From the NCBI GenBank assembly GCA_030390025.1, contig CM059432.1, positions 45,200,001 through 45,264,000 on the forward strand: a stretch of 64,000 nt of DNA. Direction: 5' to 3'. A model generated the notes under the pieces. It made no database searches, was not told the origin of the DNA, and was given only the letters and a program-made list of their open reading frames with translations. Within the stretch, counting starts at the first letter, position 1. Each line of letters begins with the position of its first letter. Origin of the DNA: Squalus acanthias (taxonomy: Eukaryota). Positions 38,779 through 51,291 of the stretch are shown in pieces. The position numbers and the translations under genes were made by a program.

Positions 38779-39661
38779 GAGGATAAGAGGTGCAGCTGTT
38801 GAGTTGCTTGGAGGTCGCCTTCAGAGCCAGCAATGTTGAGAATGAGGTTGTGCAGAATGATTGAACCTCCCCTTTAAGAACTGGAAGGAGCCAGTGTGCA
38901 TGATGAGTCCCGATTGGAGTACACCTGAAACTGGTTATCACTCTGCGGGTAGCGCTCTGCTCTCTGTGTGCAGCGCCCTAAGTTAGGTGATTAGCGCTTG
39001 ATTTAGCGCTCCAGTTCTTTCTTGGAGCGCTAACAATCAATTTAGCGGTAGGTCAGAAGGATTAGTGCCTGGCGCTAATTCTATAACTTTTTCAAATTTT
39101 GCACCCCAACAGGGACAATACCAAATTTCTAGCCCCGTTTGGGTAGCTCAGGAATACCACAGATACAGATCCTTGACGTGGGGGTAGCGCCTATGACCTC
39201 CCACTGGAATATAACACGGCACTGTAAAGGGGGAACTTCAAAACTTCTTCCAGTCGGAGTGGAATGCTAGGTCGGAGAATCTGTGAGAATCTGCTTGAGC
39301 AGTCACATGACTGCAGCTGGGTCGAAAGTGAGCAAACTGATTCTGGATGTCTTTAAGAGAGGCACCCTCATAAAAAAAATACTTCACCATTTACTGCTGT
39401 TCTCTAACTTTGGGACTTTGGAATGTTCAGATCTGCACTTCAGATAACGAAAACTCAGGTGCTCAATGCAATTAAAGCCATAAGTCAAAGGTCGAAGTGG
39501 TATGTGCATTCACCTGGCGCTACATCAGCCAATGCCTTCAAACTGCCTCAATGATTACTCCATCGTGGAAGCATAATAATTCCTATCAAATGGCTGATCT
39601 CGCTTGTCCAATTCTTGGGGTCTGGGAAGAGCACTTTACTGAGTTAGCATCTGACGCAACA

Positions 39662-39748
39662 GTGCCAGCTTGGCTCAATGGTAGCACCGTTACCGCTAAG
39701 TCAGAAGGTATTGAGTTCAAGCCATAGGGCAAGACTTGAACACATAAA
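39662..39748 (+). mobile_element. tRNA-derived SINE head
   Basis: A-box tggctcaatggt and B-box gagttcaagcc. Confidence 0.6.
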
Positions 39749-39749
39749 T

Positions 39750-39821
39750 AAAAACAGAGTTAACCTTTTAGTTCGATGACGTTTACCCAGTTCTGACAAA
39801 AGGACATCGACCTGAAACATT
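39750..39821. mobile_element. Family-2 hammerhead-like inverted module, decayed, cut by a Harbinger end at 39822
   Basis: agtt-CTGACAA-A-AGGAC-atc-GACCT-GAAA-CATT. Confidence 0.55.
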
Positions 39822-41799
39822 GGCCGGAATTTTCTTTACCTGGGCGGGTCGGGTGCGGACGGTCGGCGTGGCGGGTCGCAACCCCATTCTTGCTTCCATC
39901 CCGCTGCAGAAATTGACTTTGCACTAATGGGGCCTATTAAGCCTGCCCTGCGCGTTACCCGACCCTATTAAATGGTGCAGGTCTGATGATGTCATCAATG
40001 ACGCGCATTCAGCTGTGGTATTTAAAGGAGCCATGTAAATAGTTGAGGCCCCAGCACTGATCCCTGTGGCACCCCACTAGTTACAGATGTTTGCAGCAGG
40101 TGGACTGAGTGATGCAGTGTGATGAGAAGTGGATTGACCTTCACACTCTGGCACTGCGAGCCCCTACTCCTCAGACTCCTCTATGGAAACATAAAGGAGC
40201 AAAACATACATTGGAATCTCCAGGACACTTCTTGGAACACATTTTCAATTGGCACCAATATGATGCAGTGATGCCTGGTAACTTTACTATTGGCAGGATG
40301 CGTAAGTGAAAGAAACATTCTTTGAAGGAAGAGATAGAGGGAAGAATGGGTAATCAGCTTCAGATTCAGCTTTTCCACCTGTATGCCCTCTCCAGTCGGA
40401 ATCATAGAATATCAGCCCACTATATCAAGAGTAATCTCCTCGCAGTGACTCAAAGTCTTCATATTTTCCCACCTCCAGACAACTAATAGATAACTATATT
40501 AAGAAGATAATGGTATTAAAAGGGTTAATGAAAATTAAAGTTGATATGGCACCAGAGCGAGATGGTCTACACTGCAGCATACTAAAGGACGTTCGTGATG
40601 ACATTGCAGAGATACCAACCATAATTTTCCAAAGTTTATTGGAAACAGGACTGGAAGGCGGAAAATGCTACGCCCCTGTTCAAAAAGGTAAAGGGATAAG
40701 CCAGGTAGCTGTAGATCAATACATCAATAATAGGTAAACTGCTAGAAACTATGGCCTAGAAATTCGATTGAGCCCGAAAACGGGTGGTGCCAATGGGGGC
40801 CAAAGTTAACGGCCGCCCATAAAATGAGCGCAGGCAGCACCATTATTTTGGTGCTGCTTGCTGATTTAATGAGTGAAGCGCAGAACCTCCTGTGCAATGC
40901 ACTTTTTCAGACAGTAAGATCAGCAGGAGGCCGAAGGAAATATCTGTGCGACCTTATCAGGAAATCGCGATTGATGAAAGTGAAGTGCAATGTTTCCGGT
41001 TATGTTTCTCGGTTGACAGAGAGGGTATACAAGATAAATCAAAGCATAAAAATACACTAATCTGTCATTTTTAAAGAATGCAACCAATATTTCTGATTCT
41101 ACTCCCTAGAGTACTAATAAAAACAACCTATTCTTTTAATACACATACATAGTGAATAAGCTTTGTTATTACACAGGCTTTTCACTGTAAGTCTTTAGGA
41201 GTATATCTCTCTAGAAAGTACCCGGATAAGCATCTTGAAAGGGCAATGGTGTACTGGAATTGGGAGATTTGTTTGCAATACTGGATGTCAGAGCCAGCAT
41301 AGGTCATCAATGATTCCTCCCTGAGAAGACCAAGAGATGTGAAAAGTTTACTGGAGACCCTGAACACCTGAATATCGATACGAGTAAATGCAGATGTACA
41401 AATTCCTTCAGAAACAGGAAAACGTCCTTAGGGCTCCTTTAATTGAAAATGTGATAAGCACACACCTGTTACTTCAGAGGAACAGGATGCATATTCAATA
41501 CAGAAGTTTGTAACAATAACAGTAAACATTTAAACACCCAAATATCATTTCATTTCCAGTTTGCTGACACAACTGCAAGCGCTTATTAGTAAGATTTGCA
41601 AATCTGGTGTACAAGTGTACGTCTTGTGTTACACAACTGACCGACAGTAATGGATCAGGCCTTTAGATGCAGTACAAGTCCCCCAGACTATTTGTAACCA
41701 TATGCTGTTCTGTACACATTACATGGCAGAACTCACTGACCTGCTCCGGTTGAGTGCTGGCCTCTAACTTGTATAGAACAGGCATTCAATTGGCTGATA

Positions 41800-41930
41800 C
41801 AAAAGCAAAATACTGCGGATGCTGGAAATCTGAAATAAAAACAGAAAATGCTGGAAATACTCAACAAGTCAGGCAGCATCTGTGGAGAGGGAAACAGAGT
41901 TAACATTTCAGGTCGATGACCTTTCGTCAG
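41800..41930 (-). mobile_element. Family-2 3' module with hammerhead core (Penelope-like by inference)
   Basis: Minus strand CTGACGA-A-AGGTC-atc-GACCT-GAAA-TG-TT-AACT, then ctgtttccctctccacagatgctgcctgac. Confidence 0.75.
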
Positions 41931-41939
41931 GAAACGTTG

Positions 41940-43563
41940 AGAAAAAGTGCTAGGCAAACTTATGGATCTAAAGGCTGACAAGTCCCCTGGACCTGATGGC
42001 CTGCATCCTAGGGTCTTAAAAGAAGTGACTACAGAGATAGCGGATGATTGTAATCTTCCAAAATTCCCTTGAATCTGGAAAAGTCCCAGCGGATTGGAAA
42101 ACCGTAAATGTAACGCCCTTATCCAAAAAAGGAGGGAGACAGAAAGCAGGAAACTATAGGCCAGTTAGCCTAACATCTGTCATTGGCAAAATGCTCGAAT
42201 CCATTATTAAGGAAGTAATAGCAGGGTATTTAGAAAATCATAATACAATCAAACAAAGTCAACATGGTTTTATGAAAGAGAAATCATGTTTGACAAATCT
42301 ATTAGAGTTATTTGAGGAGGTAACGAGCAGGGTGGATAAAGGGGAACCAGTAGATGTAGTGTATTTGGATTTCCAAAAGGCATTCGACAAGGTGCCACAT
42401 AAAAGCTTACTGCATAAGATAAGAGCTCATGGAGTTGGGGGTAATATATTAGATCGGATAGAGGATTGGCTAACTAACAGGAAACAGAGTCGGGATAAAT
42501 GGGTCATTTTCAGGATGGTAATCTGTAACTAGTGGGGTGCCACAGGGATCAGTGCTGGGGCCTCAACTATTTTCAATCTATATTAATGACTTGGATGAAG
42601 GAAGCGAGTGTATTGTAGCCAAATTTGCGGACGATACAAAGATAGGTGGGAAAGCAAGTTGTGAGGAGAACATAAAGAGTCTGTAAAGGGATATAGATAG
42701 GTTAAGTGAGTGGGCAAGAATTTGGCAGATGGAGTATAATGTGGAAAAATGTGAAGTTATCCACTTTGGTAGGAAGAATAGAAAAGAAAAATATTATTTA
42801 AATGGAGAAAGACTACAGAATGCGGCGGTACAGAGGGATTTGGGTGTCCTTGTACATGAAATACAAAAAGTTAACATGCAGGTGCAGCAAGTAATTAGGA
42901 AAGCAAATGGAATGTTGGCCTTTATTTCAAGGGGGATAGAGTATGAAAGTAGGGAAGTCTTACTACAACTGTACAGGGCGCTGGTGAGACCACACCTAGA
43001 GTACTGCATACAGTTTTGGTCTCCTTATTTAAGGAGGGATATACTTGCATTGGAGGCAGTTCAGAGAAGGTTCACTAGGTTGATTACTGGGATGGAAGGG
43101 TTGTCTTATGAGGAAAGGTTGAGCAGGTTGGGCCTATACTCATTGGAGTTTAGAAGAATGAGAGGTGATCTTATTGAAACATATAAGATTCTAAGGGGGT
43201 TGGGCAGGGTAGATGCTGAGAGGATGTTTCCCCTCGTGGGAGAATCTAGAACGAGGGGGCATAATCTCAGAATAAGGGGTCGCCCATTTAAGACGGAGGT
43301 AAGGAAAAATTTCTTCTCTCAGAGGGTCGTGAATCTTTGGAATTCTTTACCCCAGAGAGCTGTGGAAGCTGAGTCATTCAATATATTCAAGGCTGAGATA
43401 AACAGATTTTTGAGCAACAGGGGAGTCAAGGGTTATAGAGAACAGGCAGGAAAGTGGAGTTGTGGCCAAAATCGGATCAGCCATGATCTCATTAAATGGC
43501 GGAGCAGGCTCGAGGGGCCGAATGGCCTGCTCCTGCTCCTATTTCTTATGTTCTTATGTTCTT
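41940..43563 (+). mobile_element. CR1 LINE, 5'-truncated
   Basis: RT motifs through FADD; TTCTTATG tail. Confidence 0.95.
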
Positions 43564-44892
43564 AAATCGCTCGGCATTGCACAATTAACGTCACGCTCCT
43601 GATCATTAAAATATTTGAGGCGAGCGCAGGCAACGCAGCACTGCCAACCTGCCCAATATGGTGGCTGCTGTGTTCCACATTGGAAGTGGGCGGAAGTGAG
43701 GCGGCCACCATCTTTACTTTAAAACTGGCCTTAACGGCCGGCGCTAAAAGTTCCAATTTCTAGGTCTATATTAAGGTATAGCATTATAGGACACTTAGAA
43801 AGGTATGAGCCAATCAAGGACTGTCAACATATATTTGTAAAGAATAGGACATGCATGATTACAAAAATTTGAAGGAAACTATTGAATATAGCAAAGGGTA
43901 TACAGTGGATGTCTTATATTGCGACTTTCAAAAAGTGTTCAACAAAGTGCCACATAGAGACATGTCGTGAAGATTAAAGCCCAAGGCCCATGGTATTGAA
44001 GGTGAAGTGACAGCATGAATAAATGGATGACTGAAGGACAGAATGTAGAGAGTAGAGAGCCAGAATTACAATTCTGCCAGTGGAATTGTAGTAGAGAGGA
44101 CCAAACGTGGGCCCAAGTGAGGAGGCCTCGATCTCATCCCTAATTACAGGGACAGGGTAATTTGCATACTCAGGTGAGTGCATCACCATAGTAAGGGTGT
44201 TTCAGCAGTGCCTACCCTAAAGTGTCAGCTGGAATGGTGGAGTAGCACCGTGCCGCTTCAACAGAGAAAAGGAGGCCCAGGAAGAGTTCAATAGTACTTG
44301 CAGTAAGTTCGTCTTCAGCTCTGATTTGTGCCAGTGGACTATTTCCAAGGTAAATAACTTAATTCCCTCTTGTTGTGATGGCCTTAAGGCTATTTCTTGG
44401 GTCTCAAAGAGATTCACGTCAGCTCTCAGGTGGCGAGAGTACCACTGAGGCCTTTAAAGGGCATATTGGGCAAGATTTCCAGGAACTCCGCAGGTATACC
44501 TCCTTGACATGGGCGCAGCAGAGGAAGATTCTCCCATGCCCCCTGCCCCCACCACCGGAAACCTTTGCAGGATGCAAGTGAGATGAAATCCCATCAGAAC
44601 TGTGTTCCACCCCATTTTCTGGTCCCCCGTCCAGAGATCCGTTAGGTTTCCGCCTTGGTGCCAATCAGACCAAGGAGTTAATGAATATTTCTTGGAATAG
44701 CAAGAGACAGCTGGTGTCTTATATTCCATGTATTAAAGTGATTTAAACATAGAGTGGATTTTATCAACATTTACGGATAAGTATGAACAGTAAAATTCTC
44801 AGTGGAGTGGGGGAACAGAGATCTAGGGATACACAAATATTTAAAAGCAGGATTGCAGTTGGAAAAGCCATAAAAAGATCTAATGGAACTCC

Positions 44893-45675
44893 GGGGGGGG
44901 GGGGGGGGGGGGGAATTTTAACCCCCCAAAAAACGGGTGTGTTCTGGTCGGGTGTGAGGTTAAAGTGTTAAAAAATTGAATTCCGACCCCAACCCGCCTC
45001 CAACCCACCCACTTCCAATTTTAACGGGGGCGGGCAGTCAACCCACTGCCAGGAGACGGGTTACCCATTTGTATATTATCTGTGAAGCTGTCAAACACTG
45101 ACAATATGATTTCTAACTCTTAGGCTGAGTTAGAAATCATTCCAGCACAGAAAACAGAAGGCTGCAGTTTTTGACAGGACCACGGCTTTTCTGCTTTCTG
45201 TGCCAGTGAGATTTCTGACTCCCGAGAACTGAAGGGCTGACACCTGCAGGAGGAAGTTAAGGTAAGTAAAACTTTTTCCCACACTTAGCACTTACCTGAC
45301 ACACTTACCTCTGCACACATGCACCCATCACTCACCTGCCCACCGGATATATCGACCCCCCCAACCCCTGCAGACCCACGGTCCGCCCCGATAACTTGGC
45401 GTGGTTGCCACCTGTCAGGAAGCCCACATTTCACCTTTTAAAATAGGGATTAGGCAAAAAACTGCCTGTTAACTACCTGTTAAGAGGCAGTTAATTGTCA
45501 CTAATCCTTCCCGCCTCGGGGAGTCGGGTCTCAGCACAGGTCGGGTACCCGCCGCCAGCGAAACTGGCATGGAGGCTGGTTGGAGGCGGGATGGGGTCGG
45601 GACCCCCGAATCTGCAACTTTAACCCCCCCACCCGCCTCCAAACCCGACTCCACGGGTCATTGAAAATCCAGCCC
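44893..45675. mobile_element. Harbinger-type MITE, composite
   Basis: 45115-45675 is the reverse complement of 58667-59220; the left end differs and starts with a poly-G run. Confidence 0.8.
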
Positions 45676-46010
45676 AAAGGCTCTGAATAGAAAAGCAATA
45701 AGGTGACGATGAATTTGCACAAGAATTTAGTTAGGCTACTGTAGGAAAACTGTGTGCAGTATTGAGCACCCTGTCATAAAAAGAATATTGGAAAAGGTAC
45801 AACCAGCGGGAATGAGAGAATATAATCTTGAAGAGAAAGTCAACAAATTACAACTATATTTACTGAAGTGGAGAAGATTGTGGAAATCTAATATAAATTT
45901 TCAAAATTAGGAAAGGGTTTGAGATATTAAATAGCGAAGGAGCGGTTGGTGAATCAGTCACTGAGTACCATATGTCACATTTCCCACATAAAATAGCTTC
46001 AGGATTTTTG

Positions 46011-48137
46011 GACCTAGAAATTCGAGAGTGCTGGAAACCTGCCGGTGGAACCGCCAGCCGCAGTCAACAGCCGCCGAAACTTATAGCGCTGGCAGCGCCG
46101 ATAAATTGGTGCTCCTTGGTAATTAACATTAGCGCAGCATTAAACTCACAGTGCAAGGCTGGTTCTCCTGGCGGTACTCTCAGCAGGAGGTCCAATGTAG
46201 CGTGGCCGTAGTGTCATTGCAGCAAGAGCAACCTTCTCTTAAAGCCTTCTCTTAAAGCAAGGCTGTCACTTTAGAAAGCCTTAAAGGGGAACTGCCTACT
46301 AAAATAAAAAATAAAAAAACATTTAAAAATAGGCAGTTTTTAGCCTTTAGGGGTCAACTGCCTTCTGAAAAAAAAATTAACATTAAAAAGAATTCCCAAA
46401 AGGGAGTCTTCAGCTCATAAAGCTGAATTGCCTTCCACACCTAAAAAAATGGGAAAAGTGCCTCAGCACTAACACAAATGGCTCAGCAAGCCAGGGAATG
46501 GCACCCAGGGTCTCGCATGCAGCACTCCAGCTTTGTGCAGGAGGTCAACACTGCAAGGGAGGTCCTCTACCCACATGGGCCAGGAGGCTCTCCAGAAAGA
46601 ACGGTGAGGGGCCACATCACCAAGGCCATCACTGCCAGTAGTGTCATCCCCACCACCTGGCGCCAGTGCCCAAAGAAGCTTCATGACCTCAGACCACTGG
46701 TCAAGGTCAGTGAATGCATCTTCAAAAACCATCTCCTACCAACTGCACCACTAGCGTCACACAGTGCTCAATGCACGACTCCCCCCCAACCCCCCAATCA
46801 CTCACCTACCAACAATCTGTACCAAACACGAGGTGTATCTCCCATTCCTAGCTTCACCTCACTCCCTTGCAGGAGACGGTGCTGGCCATTCTTGGCAGGA
46901 GCATGGCTGAGCCCTTGGCCACTGGCGGGCTGAAAGGATACAAGATGCTGGTATCCTCATACGTTACCCTCTTTCTCGCATGCACCTCTTGCTTTCCCAT
47001 CCAGTGGTTGAACAAGAAGAGGGAGAGGAGAGTGAAAAAGAAGAAGAAGAAGAAACACTGTCATTCGATTTCACACTCCCAGTCACCAGCCACAAGGTCA
47101 ACCTGCAAGTCCATTTGCAGTGTCCCTCACTGAAAGTCAGCAGCCTTCCATCAGCCATGCTGCAGCCAGTGGAGTAGCACTGAGTGACATCAGTAGGATA
47201 GGCAAAGGCACATACAAGACAGTCACTAAGGGAATGCATAAGGGTGATTAGTTGATTTCTTGATGTCATATTGGATGGATAGATGTATAAAGTTGGATTG
47301 GAAAGTTTGCTTTGTGGTGGCTTTTATTTCAGGATTGTGGCCAAGAGGACGCTGTGATGGTCAGTAACAGAGGGAAAGTAAGGTGAGGGACAATTGTTGA
47401 CAGGCAAATTGGGTTTGTGATCACTGGTACCGCGGACGGATGATTCCATCCCAGAAATCCCGGTCAGAAAGGGGCTGTCTGGGTTGCATCCTTCCTTGTG
47501 TTTTCTCCTCTTCTGCGCCTTCCTCTTCCCTCTGCGTGCGGATTCTGGAAATCTGAAATAAAAGTAGAAAATGCTGGAAATACTCAGCAGTTCAAGCAGC
47601 ATCTCGACCTGAAACGTGAACTCTGTTTCTCTCTCCACGGATGCTGCCTGACCTACTGAGCATTTCCAACATTTTCTGACTTCTCAGAGGCCTTCCTTTA
47701 CCATTCAAGGCACACTTTAAAAACTTTTAACATCTATTGCGCCAAGCCACTACTTAAATAAAGTATAAAAATCCAGTCCAAAAGCTTAAATGCAAACTTA
47801 CCTGAAAGATGTGTGTCCCTTTAAGCAGTGCTGACAGCATCTCTGTCGGTCTGCTGCACGCTCGCTTTTCAGAGCGAGCTTAGGACCCAGTGCTAAAGTC
47901 AGCGCAAAGGTCCATGTTCGTAGAGCGTGGCGTTAAGTCGGTGTTGCACGTCGACTGACGTCATGCTATCCCGATTTGTATGTCCAGGGCCAGTGTCGCT
48001 ATCGGCAGCACTATGGCCCTCACCAAAATGATGGCCGCCGAGTCCCGCGCCAGAGGCGGGCATTAGAGCGGCGGACGCCATTTTCTTTCAGAATTCCAGC
48101 GCTAACGGGTGGCGTTAAGCAGCCCAATTTCTGGACC
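46011..48137 (+). mobile_element. Non-autonomous Harbinger with decayed Myb gene and hairpin cargo
   Basis: TIRs gacctagaaatt / aatttctggacc; AREVLYP..WRQCPKKLHDL; flanks TTG/ATG. Confidence 0.78.
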
Positions 48138-49036
48138 ATGCTCTTTAAATGTTTGTGTGTGAAAAGGAGTTAAACAATCTTTGAAGGAACTCTGACCATT
48201 TTATCAGAAAAATGTATCTAATTTACCTCTGCCAGCTGAGTTATGAGTTCTGGAGGGAGCAGAGAAAAATCATCTATTCTAGGATAATTAAAAATATTGG
48301 AGGTGATATTTTGACTTGTGGGCATTAAGGCACAACTCAGCACTCAGATCAGAATGCTGCACATTCGAATCTGCAGCATCTTAGACTGCAGTTATACTAT
48401 TATTCTTCCATCAATGCAAAGTGCTTTCAGGTGCATATCGATGCAAAAGTGCCAACATAACTCAGTAATCAGGTCCCAATCTGAATCCAGAATGCACTAA
48501 CGTCAATCAGTGTGACACCCCTCAGGGTCACAACCTTTGACCTCTTGACAGCATGTGAAGTATAACTCCATTACAGTGTGAAGCTGAGCTTTAAGAATGC
48601 TCAGGAGTCTGTTGCACCCCTGACCACATTATAAACGTATTGCAACACTTTTAATAGTATGCCCGCTCGCTCCTAACACTATAAAATAGCCAGTAGGGGA
48701 GCTGAACTCACCGCATGCGTATAAGCATCCACAGAGCTCTTTCCTATCGGTGAGAATAGAATTTGCAGCCAGGAGCAGCCTGAACTATAATTGAGGTGTT
48801 GTCAGCTGCACTTTGCACTATAGAGCAGCAAAACTGAAGCCTTCATTGTGGCCAATGGTAATTTAACACTACTATTATTCAACAAATTTCATGTTCACAC
48901 AAAGTGGCAATGTAATTCATAAAACTGACTCCCAAACCTGATGAAGTCACTATCCAGTGACACCTACTGGAAAGCACGCATGTGTGTGACTGTCAGGTAA
49001 GAACACCCACTGAGCAATAGTTTGTTAACAGTCATT

Positions 49037-50566
49037 GGTGGAAAAATTCGGTAGGTTAGCACCTCCCGTTAGCGCCTGCAGAGGGCGGTAATAGGGCGCT
49101 GATGCAGTAGCGCCAGGGCGAGGCGAATCCAGCGCCACACGGCAAATCCGGCCCCCCCCAATTGCGCCCCCAGTACGAGGTACCGCCGGGGGCTTCAACG
49201 CCAGGCAGATTGTGACATTAGTGAGCGTGCAACATTCACCGGGCGCCCGATCTGCAAAATTCATTGTCGCCACTTACCATTGCGCCTCGACCAGACAGCG
49301 ACCGGGACAGCAGGCGCACAGCTGCAGGAAGCCGGCTCCAGCGACATTATTTAAAGGCATCAGCATTAATCACTCGCAGCTGTCAGTGCAGATTAGTTTC
49401 AGTGGCTTCTTGTCAGTTTCAGCCAGTGGAGCAGTTTGTATGAGTAACTTCAAGCTTCTTTTTTATCAGCAGTCTTCTGGCAAGTGCAAAGTGGCTACAT
49501 TTATTGTTCAAAGATTCAAACTGTTACACTTGGCAACATTAACGGGGGCTGTACTGGCATGCCACCTCACCCTCCCGGATCTATGGCAGAGGGAGTGTAG
49601 ACAGCCAGAAGTACAGGAACATGTGCACAGAGGGATGAGGAGGGACATCAGGGCTCTCACCAGGAGGCCTTACCCTCCAAGGGGATTCCGACAGCACTTC
49701 TCCTACCTTCAATTAAGCGAGGAGCAGTGTATTAGACGGCTCCGCATCACCAAGGTGCTGGTCACAGAACTCTGCCACCTCCTGCAAATAGACCTCCCGC
49801 CTCACAGCAGGTTGACTTAAACCCCAGATCCCTTTTGCTCACCACATGCCCATCATACCATCCCTGTGTCATGTCATATCACAGCATCCTCCTAGGCGCA
49901 AAGGTGTAATGAGAGAGACCACAAAATATTGCAAACTCTATTAATAAACTTATGCATAAGCATATCACGCATATCACATTCATCCTAATAACTAATGACC
50001 CTTGCGCCTGCCATAGTTGAATAGCTGTCACTGTGTGCAAGGCGTGAGATGTGAGTGTGCGTGTTGATAGGTAGAGATTGTTGGTGGGTGAGCGCTGGGG
50101 GTGTGGTGCTTTGGGCAGTGTGTGAAGCTTGTGGTACAGATGGTGGCATGTAGCATTTGTTGAAGCACTTAATCACCCTGACCACCTGACTGAGGTGCAT
50201 CTGCCATGAGCACACCTGTTTCAGTCCTCCGGCTCCTTCTCCTTGTTGTGCTTCTCCTTGCTGAGGCAGCTGCACAGCCAGCAATGCTGAGAATGAGGTG
50301 CTGCAGCATCAATGAACCTTCCCTTTAAGTACTGGGAAAAGCCTGTGGCAATAATGAGTTGAGATTAGACTGCACCCGATATTAGTCCACCCTTTGAGTG
50401 TAACGCCACTGAGCTAGGCCTTTAAGACTTGATTTAGCACCTCAATCATTTCTTTGAGCAGTGACAATGAATTTTGGGTGCAGTCTAAAGCATTAGCGCC
50501 TGGTGCTAATTCTCAAACTTTTCTAAAGATACTGCCCATTCCTGGGCTACAATGAATTTCTAGTCC
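49037..50566. mobile_element. Internally deleted Harbinger (1530 bp)
   Basis: TIRs ggtggaaaaattc / gaatttctagtcc; ATT TSD; transposase N-terminus RRPYPPR..LSEEQCIRRLR; Myb intron remnant on -. Confidence 0.85.
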
Positions 50567-51291
50567 ATTGTTTTGGCTGGCATGGTACCAGAGGGCTGCC
50601 TAGGTTGGGGTATAAAATTGAAAAGACAAATGGCAATCTATCCCAGAAGGGTTGCCACTGTCATGGGGCCATACATCGAGGAAGAAAATAAAGTTTCTTC
50701 CACACCTTCTTTTCTTCAGTCTGGGTGACCTCTGTCTCCCCCTCTCAGAGTGGCAGCGTACGGCCCCCAGATTCCACTATTTCTGTGGACGGGCAACCTT
50801 CTTGTGCTACTACAGCTCGGGCACCTGCCTGCATTATCTAAATGACTCCATTGGGATTTGAGCCATCGGCAGGTCAAAGCAGCGAGCAGAAATTCTGCCC
50901 CATCCCCTTTCCAGTGCATTCGGATTTTTAGGCTCCACGCCATTTACAATTTTCCCACAATGTTGAAACCCTTTAAACTTGCCGGCACATGATTTTTCAC
51001 CTCCCTCCACTGAGCTCCCAATGTGGGCTGGAAGCTTAGCTGGATAAGTACTAATAAGAACATAAGAACATAAGAAATAGGAGCAGGAGTAAGCCAAACG
51101 GCCCCTCGAGCCTGCTCCGCCATTCAATAAGATCATGGCTGATCTGATCCTAACCGCCAATCTACTATCTATCACAGAACCATCTCCTGCATCTAACAGA
51201 ATTGCACACACGAAATAGGAGCAGAATCAGGCTACACAGTCCCTGGGCCCGCTCCACTACCCACAGGGCCATGACCGATCCGAACCTAGAC

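Larger units (their letters stand above)
35167..39135. mobile_element. Full-length decayed Harbinger, related to 8000-12191, opposite orientation
   Basis: TIRs gggggagaaatt / aatttctagccc; transposase on +, Myb gene on -; TSD not recognisable. Confidence 0.9.
40753..43766. mobile_element. Non-autonomous Harbinger with nested family-2 module and CR1
   Basis: TIRs ggcctagaaatt / aatttctaggtc; TAT TSD at 40750-40752 and 43767-43769. Confidence 0.8.
40480..45990 (+). mobile_element. Old CR1 split by nested insertions (pieces ~40480-40752, 43767-44060, 44720-44890, 45676-45990)
   Basis: DGLHCSILK; IGKLLET|IK rejoined; DFQKVFNKVPH; colinear ORF2 order. Confidence 0.7.

Noticed and set aside
39662..39748. 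tRNA gene
   Set aside because: A and B boxes are present but there is no proper cloverleaf; it is a SINE head.
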